IMG/VR virus record: IMGVR_UViG_3300050343_000117
Span: 64,001 to 128,000 of that record
Direction: 5' to 3' (one strand)
From: a virus
DNA length: 64,000 nt
The position numbers were made by a program, and so were the translations under genes. This document shows, in pieces, positions 52,146-60,989 of this stretch. The notes beneath the pieces were generated by a model. That model was not told the DNA's origin. It saw only the letters and a list, made by a program, of their open reading frames with translations, and searched no databases. Position 1 is the stretch's first letter. Each line of letters starts with the position of its first letter.

Positions 52146-52768
52146 GCGACAATTTTTATAGGGGCACGGTCAACTGCTTTCAACCATGCTTCAGGCGATT
52201 TAATGATAGGTCTGGAAACTCGTAACTTTTTTTCACGGAAACATTTCTTCAACGCCTTAGCTTCCTCGCGGCCTAGAAATCTTGAGACCAATCGAATCAG
52301 GCACTCACGGAATCGGTAGTCATGTTTACCAAATCCAGCAGCATGTGCGAGTTCATGTAAGACAACGTACTTGTTCATGCCACTCTCACTCAATCGAATT
52401 AGTTCCCTATAGCAGACTCCGGATAAAGAGTTCGATCTCATCTGTTCTATCCGGACAGTCTTACATGCAGATCTCAGTCCAATCGCTGGATCATTTTTAT
52501 GATTGAAATTCTCCCACAATTTAGATTTTAGTACACGTTTTGCAAACGTCCGACACTCTTTTAATGTGAGTTCTTTTGTTACGTGAGGATAGTTGGCTTC
52601 GAATTTCCATTCTGCATCATAAGTCTTGCTCCTCTCAGAATCTTTCCATCCATGAGAATTCTTTCGAACTGCATACTGATAATACTTGTATGCGATTTCT
52701 TCATCCATCACTTTGATAGCATCAGTGTAGTAGTGACGATACTTTTCATTCCAAATTCGGTAACCCAT
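52142..52768 (-). CDS. SprT-like HExxH metallopeptidase
   Basis: VVLHELAHAAGFGKHDYRF. Confidence 0.7.
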   Translation of the reverse strand: MGYRIWNEKYRHYYTDAIKVMDEEIAYKYYQYAVRKNSHGWKDSERSKTYDAEWKFEANYPHVTKELTLKECRTFAKRVLKSKLWENFNHKNDPAIGLRSACKTVRIEQMRSNSLSGVCYRELIRLSESGMNKYVVLHELAHAAGFGKHDYRFRECLIRLVSRFLGREEAKALKKCFREKKLRVSRPIIKSPEAWLKAVDRAPIKIVA

Positions 52769-52791
52769 AATATTCTCTTTCCTTCTTTGAC

Positions 52792-52830
52792 TTTATGTAG
52801 CTATTATACCACAGTGAGTATTAGAGTCAA
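52792..52830 (-). promoter_or_regulatory. Early promoter, repeat copy
   Basis: TTGACT-16-TATAAT-AGCTACATAAA. Confidence 0.8.
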
Positions 52831-52834
52831 GGGC

Positions 52835-53185
52835 CTATGTGACCTTTTTTCTCTTAGAAGGCGCCTTTTTCTTGACCGGAGTTTTCTTTTTGGTCACGGC
52901 AGGTTTTTTGGCTGCGACAGTTTTACGCGGCTTCCTTTTGGGTTTGACCGCAGTTTTCTTCGGCATCACAAATTCTTTTCGAAGGAACTCATTCACAGAA
53001 AGACCGCAGTTTCTCAACTCCTTTTGGAAACGAGTGATATCTTCCATCCACCACCCGTGTGGAGTTTCTAAGAACTGACCGTAGTGGTCCATGATTTCAT
53101 TAGCGAGTCGGTTGCACTCTTCGGTGTCCTTGTCGTAAAGGTACCGGACCTTTCGGTCATAATTCAGTTTGACGATCTTAGGCAT
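52835..53185 (-). CDS. Hypothetical protein with a histone-H1-like Lys/Ala/Pro tail
   Basis: KKTAVKPKRKPRKTVAAKKPAVTKKKTPVKKKAPSKRKK. Confidence 0.65.
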   Translation of the reverse strand: MPKIVKLNYDRKVRYLYDKDTEECNRLANEIMDHYGQFLETPHGWWMEDITRFQKELRNCGLSVNEFLRKEFVMPKKTAVKPKRKPRKTVAAKKPAVTKKKTPVKKKAPSKRKKVT

Positions 53186-53194
53186 TGTCTCTCC

Positions 53195-53416
53195 CTAGAT
53201 TAGTTTGTAGACTTTCTTCATGGTGTACTCACGAGCAGACGCAAACGGTGCCTCGAACCAATCTGAGGAACCCATCACTTGAGGAGCAATACCATACTTC
53301 AAATATGCATTGACCAACTCAGCAACGTTGTTCGATTCGCACACGGGACGCATCTCATGTTCATCGTAAAGACGAATCTCAGAACCGTCTTCGGTACAAG
53401 AAATATAATCAATCAT
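53195..53416 (-). CDS. Hypothetical protein
   Basis: Coupled ORF in an early operon. Confidence 0.55.
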   Translation of the reverse strand: MIDYISCTEDGSEIRLYDEHEMRPVCESNNVAELVNAYLKYGIAPQVMGSSDWFEAPFASAREYTMKKVYKLI

Positions 53417-53883
53417 GCGACTTCTCCAAAAAAGATTCCAATAGGTGAACCGTTAGGACTACGGTAACCACACTCTCGAATTTCATCAACTAGGACTTCT
53501 TGACGTTGCCCGTCGTCCCATTTAATCTCGACAGTGTCGCGACCAATTAGACGGTCGATTAGACCGTGTGAGATAGGATACATGGCACCCCACATACCTT
53601 CAACTTTTTGACCAATCAAATTCATGCGGCTTTCTCCGATAAATGCATAGCGAGGGTTCTTACAAAACATTCCGACTTCGTCGAAACCCATCAAGCAAAA
53701 ACCGTCTAACGGATCGGTACCTGCTTCGTATTCGACTAAGTCGAAACCAGCGCGGAATGTTCTAACGTCTTTGATGTCTACTGGGATAACTGTCATGGCG
53801 ACATCGTACTCTTCCTGTGTTAGGAAGGTAGCGTCTTCGTTGGTTTCTGTGTTGTCTGTCCAGTTCTCATTAGTCATAATCAA
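53413..53883 (-). CDS. Hypothetical protein(s); probably two genes fused by an indel near 53630
   Basis: Internal GGAGAAAGCCGCATGA resembles the GGAGAAGTCGCATGA stop/start overlap at its own end. Confidence 0.55.
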   Translation of the reverse strand: MIMTNENWTDNTETNEDATFLTQEEYDVAMTVIPVDIKDVRTFRAGFDLVEYEAGTDPLDGFCLMGFDEVGMFCKNPRYAFIGESRMNLIGQKVEGMWGAMYPISHGLIDRLIGRDTVEIKWDDGQRQEVLVDEIRECGYRSPNGSPIGIFFGEVA

Positions 53884-53900
53884 ATCTCTCTCTTCATTAA

Positions 53901-53940
53901 TTTATGTAGCTATTATAGCATATTGAGAGATAAAACGCAA
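53901..53940 (-). promoter_or_regulatory. Early promoter, repeat copy
   Basis: TTGCGT-17-TATAAT-AGCTACATAAA. Confidence 0.75.
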
Positions 53941-54015
53941 GGGCGTTAGCCAAAATAAATGGCTTATTTTTAGAACTTTTTGGCATAAGGATATAACTTT
54001 TTCGTATAAGGGACG

Positions 54016-54077
54016 AAAAAAATAGGGGAGTCGTCCACGTACCTATCAGTCGGAATCTTCGAAAGACCAACTCCCCT
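54016..54077 (-). terminator. Terminator with a multibranch interior
   Basis: AGGGGAGT...ACTCCCCT-ATTTTTTT enclosing about 38 nt with internal hairpins. Confidence 0.65.
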
Positions 54078-54085
54078 CCAAACTA

Positions 54086-54547
54086 TTAACTGGCGAATCC
54101 AGTACCGTCACACATGTAACAGTCTTCATCACCATAGTCATCGTACCCATAACCTGAACACTCTTGGCATGTCTCATCGAGATCGTCTTCAGAGTAGTCG
54201 AACATATCCTCAATGTTCTCCATTACCATCAACTGAGGATTGAAGGTCACCATCTTAGTGGTCATCTCCACGATGCGATCGATGGCAACATGGAACAGGT
54301 CGTTCTCATACTTACCTTCATAGAGTCGACCCGTCGTGTAGGGTAGGACGTACTCAAACAACTCCTTATCGATCGCGCTTTTCTCGCGTAGGAACTTTAG
54401 GGCACCGGACGTATTGTTACCCATACCGTTGTTATAGAAGTCGTATTGCAGACGACCAGCCGCGCGGATCATCTCACCAGCGACAGTGTCACACTTGCCT
54501 TCGTTAGGTACCAACTCTGCAAAGATTCGTTTAAACGTAGCGCTCAT
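54086..54547 (-). CDS. Hypothetical protein with a C-terminal CxxCxGxG zinc ribbon
   Basis: LVPNEGKCDTVAGEMIRAAGRL.YDFYNNG; CQECSGYG...CYMCDGTG. Confidence 0.7.
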   Translation of the reverse strand: MSATFKRIFAELVPNEGKCDTVAGEMIRAAGRLQYDFYNNGMGNNTSGALKFLREKSAIDKELFEYVLPYTTGRLYEGKYENDLFHVAIDRIVEMTTKMVTFNPQLMVMENIEDMFDYSEDDLDETCQECSGYGYDDYGDEDCYMCDGTGFAS

Positions 54548-54664
54548 AATATACTCCTCAAAAAATGTAAGGTTGGACAGGGTGGCCAGAAGACAAGACG
54601 TAACCAGAGTATAAGAATCCCCAAATCACAACTTGACCAAAAACAAACTCAGCTAACTGACTCA

Positions 54665-54853
54665 TTACGCATACTCCTCTTGATACTCATCGTAAGTTAA
54701 ATATATGTCGGTAGTAGGATTAAGGTAAGCACCTTCTCGAACATCATAATACAGAACACGCTGACCATCATAGAAGAATGGACCTTCAAGTCCAACCCGC
54801 TCTTGATACTGCTCTCGAAACTCTGGAGTGATGTTTAAAACGCGATAACCCAT
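54665..54853 (-). CDS. Conserved small phage protein
   Basis: GLEGPFFY.G.RVLYYD..EGAY..PTTDIYL. Confidence 0.7.
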   Translation of the reverse strand: MGYRVLNITPEFREQYQERVGLEGPFFYDGQRVLYYDVREGAYLNPTTDIYLTYDEYQEEYA

Positions 54854-54872
54854 GAAACTTCCTCAACTCGAC

Positions 54873-54912
54873 TTTATGTAGCTATTGTACCTGTTTTTGA
54901 AAGAAGTGTCAA
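54873..54912 (-). promoter_or_regulatory. Early promoter, repeat copy
   Basis: TTGACA-17-TACAAT-AGCTACATAAA. Confidence 0.85.
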
Positions 54913-54959
54913 GGGCATATGCTAAAATAATGCCAAATTAATTTTGGTAATATTTACAA

Positions 54960-55478
54960 TCATTCGATCATATCGACGAACTCATCAATATGCATATATC
55001 TCAAGGTGACGCCTTTCCTTGCACATCTCTCGATCCACTTATCGGCATCAACTTGTATATTTGTTAACTTACGACGACCTTTAATACCTAGCGATAATAG
55101 ATTATGATGATCGATTAAGATAATGACATGGTCTCCATAACAACCTGCTTCAGCGTTACAGAAATGATGGTCTAACTTGTCGGTGTGGGAACCGAAATCA
55201 CTTAACTGCTTGAGTTCAAGCCAGTAAGGAGTATCGTCTAATGCGACTCTGAAGTCACCCTTTCTATTAGAGGTACCTTTATAGTCGGTGTATCGAGGTT
55301 GCTTTTCATAAGGGATGAGATGAGATTTTAACACGTCTTCGAAACGATCTTCAAATTCCCTACCTGCTTTAGATCCTCGTCCACCAGCAGTTAGTGAAGC
55401 GGCACTTGATCTCGCCACCACCCACTGCATGGTTTCTAGATTTAATACGGGTGTTTCTTGCTGTGTTGATACTTTCAT
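54960..55478 (-). CDS. PD-(D/E)xK restriction-fold nuclease
   Basis: AGREFED...KGDFRV......WLELKQ. Confidence 0.65.
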   Translation of the reverse strand: MKVSTQQETPVLNLETMQWVVARSSAASLTAGGRGSKAGREFEDRFEDVLKSHLIPYEKQPRYTDYKGTSNRKGDFRVALDDTPYWLELKQLSDFGSHTDKLDHHFCNAEAGCYGDHVIILIDHHNLLSLGIKGRRKLTNIQVDADKWIERCARKGVTLRYMHIDEFVDMIE

Positions 55479-55565
55479 ATTATATTACCTTTGGTTATGG
55501 GTTATGAGAACACTGGCATATCGCACGGGCCCTCATTTAGAAAATAGTTAAATTGTTTTGTCGTA

Positions 55566-56288
55566 TTATTTTATAGCGATGGCGCCCACAAAGAGATGGT
55601 TCTGCCAGAAGGGTTGAATCTTGGTAGCACAGAATCCAGCAGTCATACAGAGTGAATGTAGGTCATTCCAAGTTGAACACTTCATCATAGAGCGGAGTTC
55701 ACGTTCCTTAGATAACAAATCATCTGCAGCGAAGTTCTTAGACTTGTGGTCGTAGAACTGGAAGGTCATAATTTCTTGAAGGCGAGCATCCCTTGCCATA
55801 GTCTTCTCTGCAAAGATGAATGCGCCACCTGTGTTCAGACCGTGATAGATCTTCTTTACCAAGTCACGTCGTGAACGTGGTGGCATGAACTGTAGAGTGA
55901 ACAGAGAAGTAATAAGAGAGCAATTAGCGAATGATGCATTACGAACGTCCATATTATGAAAGTCTACATCACCAAGATTCTCTATATCAATCTGCTTGTG
56001 ACGAGCATTCATATCATCAACAAATCCGGATGCGTACTCAATACCAGAGTAATGTGCTAGAGGTGCGAATCGATTGTTCTGTTTCATCATTTCGTAGATA
56101 GTCTTACCCGTCGAACAACCGATGTCGACAACGTCAGTTAGATCCTCGACAAAGTATTCAGACAATTTAATAACATCTGAATGTAGATTATTGTAACCAC
56201 GAATCGAGTTTTCGATGTGATTATCGAATCCTTCCTCACGGTGGGCGAAACTAAAATCTGGTTTGTGGTAACTCTCTCTATCTTTCAT
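55566..56288 (-). CDS. cmoA: Carboxy-SAM synthase-like protein
   Basis: FDNHIENSIRGY, DIGCSTG, SLFTLQF, IYHGLNTGGAFIFAEK, FWQNHLF.G.IAIK. Confidence 0.8.
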   Translation of the reverse strand: MKDRESYHKPDFSFAHREEGFDNHIENSIRGYNNLHSDVIKLSEYFVEDLTDVVDIGCSTGKTIYEMMKQNNRFAPLAHYSGIEYASGFVDDMNARHKQIDIENLGDVDFHNMDVRNASFANCSLITSLFTLQFMPPRSRRDLVKKIYHGLNTGGAFIFAEKTMARDARLQEIMTFQFYDHKSKNFAADDLLSKERELRSMMKCSTWNDLHSLCMTAGFCATKIQPFWQNHLFVGAIAIK

Positions 56289-57426
56289 TGTACACCTTCA
56301 ATACGTTCTCATAGACTGACTCAGCAATCTGTTTCATCATCAATGGTGGAACCATACGACCGATACGCTCTGCCTTCTGATTCCATTTACCCGTCAGTTT
56401 AAAGTCATCGGGAAGTGACATTATACGCTTTAATTCCCCTAGTGTCAACTTGCGAGACTCAGACCAGTGAAATGCACCAGCGGTTGTATCCCCGTTACCC
56501 ATTGCAGTCAATGTAGGTGCAGGCACCTCCAGAGACACACGCTTGAGATTGAAGTGATGACCCTTCGGATGATAATCTCCACCAGTCAAAACCTTTTCGG
56601 GAAACCTTGGCATTAGAGATCCGGTTTGTTTCCAGTACGCGGTCCTCTCAAACTTCTCCGTCAGATACTTAACTTCTTCTTCGTCATACTCCAGACCGAC
56701 CAAAGCATCTTTGAGTGGTATGGCAGTTCTTGCTGGTTCTGGAAACAAGTGATTCATGGTCAAGAAGTTTAGACCAACTTCATCCGCAACGTCCTGACGT
56801 ACTGCAATAAAGATCACACGAGTACGTGTCTGTGATACACCATAGTAGCGAGAGTCCATGACTTCAGATACCACTTCATATCCAATGTTCTCGAATTCAT
56901 TGAGGATACGATTGTAATACTCTTTTGCCTCACCGATTGTGAGACCCTTTACGTTCTCTGCAACGATAACTTTGGGTTGAATATCGTTCGCCACACGTAG
57001 GAACTCAAAGAATAGGTCTTCGATGTTTTCCACAATCTTACCATCGCTGTAGGACTTAGTTTGACCCCAACCGTCAGAGTGTTTGCCGTCAGATGAATGA
57101 GACAGTTTACCCGCGACAGAGAATGCAGAGCATGGAGGCGAACCGTCGAGGATATCCAACTCGCCCTTCTCCAGACCAACGAGGTCCAGAAAGTCTTGAC
57201 CCGTGAGTTCTTTGATATCATTAGGGACGATAGGGGTGTCTGGATAGTTTTCTTTGTACGTGACTCGTGCCTCTTCGACAAACTCATTGATGGCGAGAAT
57301 GTCCGCACCCGCAAGGCGGTAACCTGTAGAAGATCCACCGCCTCCCGCGAACGTAGAAACGACTTTGAACTTTTTCTGGGATGCCGCGTCATAGACATCT
57401 TGTAAATTGTATGGTTTATAACTCAT
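56278..57426 (-). CDS. DNA cytosine-C5 methyltransferase-fold enzyme, probable carboxymethyltransferase
   Basis: FAGGGG (motif I), GSPPCSAFS (IV), ENVKG (VI), QTRTRVIF (VIII); motif X reads IGRMVPP instead of GNxV. Confidence 0.9.
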   Translation of the reverse strand: MSYKPYNLQDVYDAASQKKFKVVSTFAGGGGSSTGYRLAGADILAINEFVEEARVTYKENYPDTPIVPNDIKELTGQDFLDLVGLEKGELDILDGSPPCSAFSVAGKLSHSSDGKHSDGWGQTKSYSDGKIVENIEDLFFEFLRVANDIQPKVIVAENVKGLTIGEAKEYYNRILNEFENIGYEVVSEVMDSRYYGVSQTRTRVIFIAVRQDVADEVGLNFLTMNHLFPEPARTAIPLKDALVGLEYDEEEVKYLTEKFERTAYWKQTGSLMPRFPEKVLTGGDYHPKGHHFNLKRVSLEVPAPTLTAMGNGDTTAGAFHWSESRKLTLGELKRIMSLPDDFKLTGKWNQKAERIGRMVPPLMMKQIAESVYENVLKVYNER

Positions 57427-57451
57427 AATATACCTTCACTTATTAATAGAC

Positions 57452-57480
57452 ATTATACATTATATAGCATTGTCTGTCAA
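57452..57480 (-). promoter_or_regulatory. Sigma70-type promoter for the C5-transferase/cmoA pair
   Basis: TTGACA-17-TATAAT. Confidence 0.75.
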
Positions 57481-58343
57481 GTGATAAAATCAGATAGGTC
57501 AGACACAAAGGTTTGTTCATAGTGATCACGACATAGGTCCATGACCCTGTTTCGTCGTTTCCAATTGATGTCATTGTCAAGCAACAAAGTCTCAAACAGT
57601 TTGTCTATTTGAGAACCCAATTGTAAATTGATATGGGGTTTGACTTTACCAAACAGATTCTCGATATCGTATTCGGTACGGATGATATTCTTTTGTTGAG
57701 GCGTATTCAGTTCTTGCCATGAGAACTGCATAAGATAGTCACGGACTCGCTGATCACCCCACGGAGCAACATGGACCTTACCGTACATATCCGCAACTTT
57801 GTTGTGGGTCGCAATACCAGCACAGTGTCCATTGAGATATGCTTCACGAAACTCATTCCAGTTGACGCGTTTGTCTCCACTCTCTTTACACCACTTCACA
57901 TAGTTACGCTTCTTTTTAAAAGAAGAGTACCGTTGAGTTGCTTTACGAGACGCACCAAAGTATGCATCTGCGACCCATCCAGTGAGCGAATACTTTTCGA
58001 CCATGGCGTCATAGACATAAAGAAAAGGATATGCGGCCGCCTCGAACTCAGACTTTTTACGACAACCTAGTTCGACCAGTCGTTGGAAGTCTTGTTTAAT
58101 GTTGGCGGTTGGTATAATGACCGGAGTGAATTCCCACCCCATAGTATCTGCTACGTCACGTGCCTTGACAAAGTCATAGGACTCATGACTGTCCAGAGTG
58201 AAACTGTATGCGTGGACCTTGCGTCCAGCATCCTGAGCACTGATACCTACAGATATAGAATCGACACCGCCGGACAGTAGTAGTCCGACAGTGCCGTGGT
58301 TGACATGAGTGTCAATGTGATCAGTAATAAAGTCTCGTATCAT
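57477..58343 (-). CDS. Asparagine-synthase-like ATP-dependent amide ligase (PP-loop, no glutaminase domain)
   Basis: GLLLSGGVDS, LTGWVADAYFG, P......V, KNIIR, K...LQLGS. Confidence 0.75.
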   Translation of the reverse strand: MIRDFITDHIDTHVNHGTVGLLLSGGVDSISVGISAQDAGRKVHAYSFTLDSHESYDFVKARDVADTMGWEFTPVIIPTANIKQDFQRLVELGCRKKSEFEAAAYPFLYVYDAMVEKYSLTGWVADAYFGASRKATQRYSSFKKKRNYVKWCKESGDKRVNWNEFREAYLNGHCAGIATHNKVADMYGKVHVAPWGDQRVRDYLMQFSWQELNTPQQKNIIRTEYDIENLFGKVKPHINLQLGSQIDKLFETLLLDNDINWKRRNRVMDLCRDHYEQTFVSDLSDFIT

Positions 58344-59727
58344 GCAGCATTATTTAGGAGCGATGCCTTGTACTCATTCAAGTCCATAGAACCCATCTCC
58401 TTATTATATTCAGCACGAACCATTGCAAGGTTACTGTATACAGTAAGACCGCCGTTAGTGTGTGCGACTATGTGTGCAGCATGTGCGTCTTGCATATTTA
58501 ACTTTCGACCATCAATAGCACACTTGAAGTTTTGCTCAGACAACTTTGCTTCACGATCTACAATAGAGAAGTTTCGACGAGGGTCCCTGATAGTAATCAA
58601 GGACTCTAGGTCAGGCATCTCTCGTATTAGATATGTGATTGCCCTTGTCACCTTCTTAGTATCCCAAGGTGCAGCAATGTACTTTGTATACATCGTAGGA
58701 ACGTTGTAACCAGAATTGCCGGGGTACTAGTTCTTTCTTAAACGGACCTTCTTGGTTTTTCAGTGCTTGGTTTGCTCGATTATATGCAAGGAAAAAATCT
58801 TCATAGTTATCAATACGGAAATTGTCGTAAGTGTCTTGAAGGTAGAAGTACAAGTAAGACAAAACCTTAGCATCATGCTGACTCAAACCCTTTCCGTTAA
58901 AGCGAGGCTTTCTATATACAGCAATCTTGCGTAAGAACTCGCAGTGGTCGTAGACATTATCAGCAATCTTAGAGATCGCTTTATTGTCAATATTACTATC
59001 CTCGTACATATCCTTTAACTCTTTATCGTGAGAACCACCCAGCAGTCCAGTTGGGTGTACAAGGTAACGATGTACGAGACGTGCCAAGAAGTGATCTTGC
59101 ATCAAACGGTTGTTATCAAAGCTGAGGTAGGAATAGTTTGCTTTCTTTTCATCAGCGCTCAGATTAAACTTGAATAGGTCGTGAAATTCATTCTCGATTC
59201 CTGAGACGCTTTCTCACAGTCTCGCGGACAAAGTTAGCGATAGGAGTATCACCATAGGAGTTCAGCATCTCGATAAAGTTAACGTCTGTAGTCTTGTTTA
59301 GAGTACGGAAGATGTGTCCTTTAGTCTCAGAGTCCAACTCATTATATATCGCAAATGATAGTTCGATATCCAGAAAAGTATTCTGCTCTTCGATAGGTAG
59401 GTCAGAGAAAAAAGAACCTTTCACCTTGAATTTATTGTTTAGGTAGTCCCACAAATTTCGCTTGCGGTGACCTCCATCGATGGACTCAAAATCGTGCTTT
59501 ACGGTACTTGCGATAGCACGTCGAGCTTTTCGATTAAGCTTCATAACGGTTATCTTACCGATATCATAGCCATCGATAAGGGTTTCGATGATACCAATAC
59601 CCTTCTCATTATTCTTAGAAAAGACTGGAAGTCGTTGACCGACTGGTTGACAGTCGATAGACCAGTACATAGTGTCTTTGAACTTGCGGATTGTTACGGA
59701 TGTGTTTTTATATAAAGATGTAGCCAT
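58340..59727 (-). CDS. DUF262 (ParB/Srx, GmrS-like) plus C-terminal HNH nuclease, about 460 aa, in three frameshifted pieces
   Basis: IDCQPVGQR, SIDGGHRKR, IFRTLN in 59188..59727; CAIDG...AAHIVAHTNGGLT..SNL......N in 58340..58693. Confidence 0.7.
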
Positions 59728-59820
59728 TGTATTGCCCTCCTAGGGACTTAGTTGATGGGCACGGACAAAAGCGTACTGACCCAATTCATTATGAATGATA
59801 TCACTATTTGATATCACCTG

Positions 59821-60069
59821 TCAAGTGTTTTGCTCAATTATTTCCTTAATTTGTTTCTTGTTTAACTTCTTAAACTTACGTCCTTTAGTAGACCAAGATT
59901 TCTTAGGCGTATTAAAGAGTTGGAAAACTCCAGTACGACGTGGTACGTAACCGACAAGATCTGTACCTTTACTCACGTAGATGTGGTTGGTGATATTTTC
60001 CTCACCCCAATCGGTTATCTCTTCGCGCCACAGGAAGTGACACGCTTCTTCAAGACTTATGATATTCAT
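59821..60069 (-). CDS. Conserved small phage protein
   Basis: EITDW.....NHIY.......VGY...........WST.GRKF. Confidence 0.65.
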   Translation of the reverse strand: MNIISLEEACHFLWREEITDWGEENITNHIYVSKGTDLVGYVPRRTGVFQLFNTPKKSWSTKGRKFKKLNKKQIKEIIEQNT

Positions 60070-60070
60070 A

Positions 60071-60451
60071 TTAAAACTCCATCGCGAGTTGTTGACCAGC
60101 AGAAAGATTGACGACCTTCATCATCTTCATCATGTTGCTGTTCAGATAGTGACGGTCCATTGGGTTAGGACCAGTTGCAATGCTGTAGTAGTCAGCGTTA
60201 CGTAGTGGATCACCCGTAGGCAAGTCACGGTGAACAAACATCACCTCACCTTCTTGAACACCTTTACCATTTGTAAACTGGATAATCTCACCTACTTCAG
60301 CGTAGTCAGAACGACTAGTGAACTCACGCGCACTAGAAACATACAGCGCAGCCGGGTTTGGATAAGACTCCATATGATCATATGCGTCTTGGCGAGTCTC
60401 GAACGGACCTGCCGCTCTCATGTTTTTGTAGTTTTTCATAACGTAGTACAT
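60071..60451 (-). CDS. Hypothetical protein
   Basis: ORF after the promoter at 60485-60513, with a GAGAG RBS. Confidence 0.6.
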   Translation of the reverse strand: MYYVMKNYKNMRAAGPFETRQDAYDHMESYPNPAALYVSSAREFTSRSDYAEVGEIIQFTNGKGVQEGEVMFVHRDLPTGDPLRNADYYSIATGPNPMDRHYLNSNMMKMMKVVNLSAGQQLAMEF

Positions 60452-60484
60452 AATCAACTCTCTCTTTATCAATTCAATGTAAAC

Positions 60485-60513
60485 ATTATACTTCTTTTAG
60501 AAACGTTTGTCAA
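60485..60513 (-). promoter_or_regulatory. Sigma70-type promoter
   Basis: TTGACA-17-TATAAT. Confidence 0.75.
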
Positions 60514-60554
60514 CACTTATTTTGAAAAAAAGATGACTATTTTATGTGAATTAG

Positions 60555-60989
60555 TCACATTGTCACTAGGGTGTCTACTAGGTTCATTAGTACTGCTGTA
60601 CCTGATATAGAACTCCCTATCATGATTGCTTTGTCGTTCCAACAATGACCAACATAAACCCATGCAGTAGCAGCAGACGCATAGCATATCTGTCCCGCGA
60701 TACTGAACCCTGCACTCATGGTGAACACTCCAACCACACCAAGTACAGTAGCACCCCACTTGACATAACTATCGATGGTACCCGTCGGTGTTGCTGGTTT
60801 CAGATCTTCGACTTCTAGTTGCAGTTCTTCCATCTCTTGTTTGAGACGTTTACGCTCGACATTAAGTTCCATAGCAAGTCTTCCTGCTTTGGACATCGTA
60901 CTACCGGCAAACTCCTGTTTGACTTCCGGACTGATTTGACTTTCAACCTTTGCTACGCGTTGGTCTTCTTCAATAGAACTTTTACTCAT
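60555..60989 (-). CDS. Coiled-coil plus three-TM membrane protein
   Basis: YVKWGATVLGVVG...W.YVG..WNDKAIM. Confidence 0.65.
   Translation of the reverse strand: MSKSSIEEDQRVAKVESQISPEVKQEFAGSTMSKAGRLAMELNVERKRLKQEMEELQLEVEDLKPATPTGTIDSYVKWGATVLGVVGVFTMSAGFSIAGQICYASAATAWVYVGHCWNDKAIMIGSSISGTAVLMNLVDTLVTM

Noticed and set aside
54020-54077. Hammerhead ribozyme (CTGATAG)
   Set aside because: The core CUGANGA and a correctly placed GAAA are not matched.
55566-56288. cmoA as a tRNA wobble-modification auxiliary gene
   Set aside because: No cmoB or tRNA gene is nearby; the overlap with an Arg-substituted C5 DNA transferase points to DNA as the target.
17109-59727. Many split genes (near 19684, 25680, 32818, 41860, 42650-42800, 43740, 45950, 46635, 58700, 59200; apparent fusion at 53630) as pseudogenes or programmed frameshifts
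   Set aside because: They hit essential virion genes (gp48, gp2, tape measure), are 1-2 nt indels often in short runs or dinucleotides, and lack consistent slippery motifs. Assembly error is the simplest explanation; raw reads are needed.
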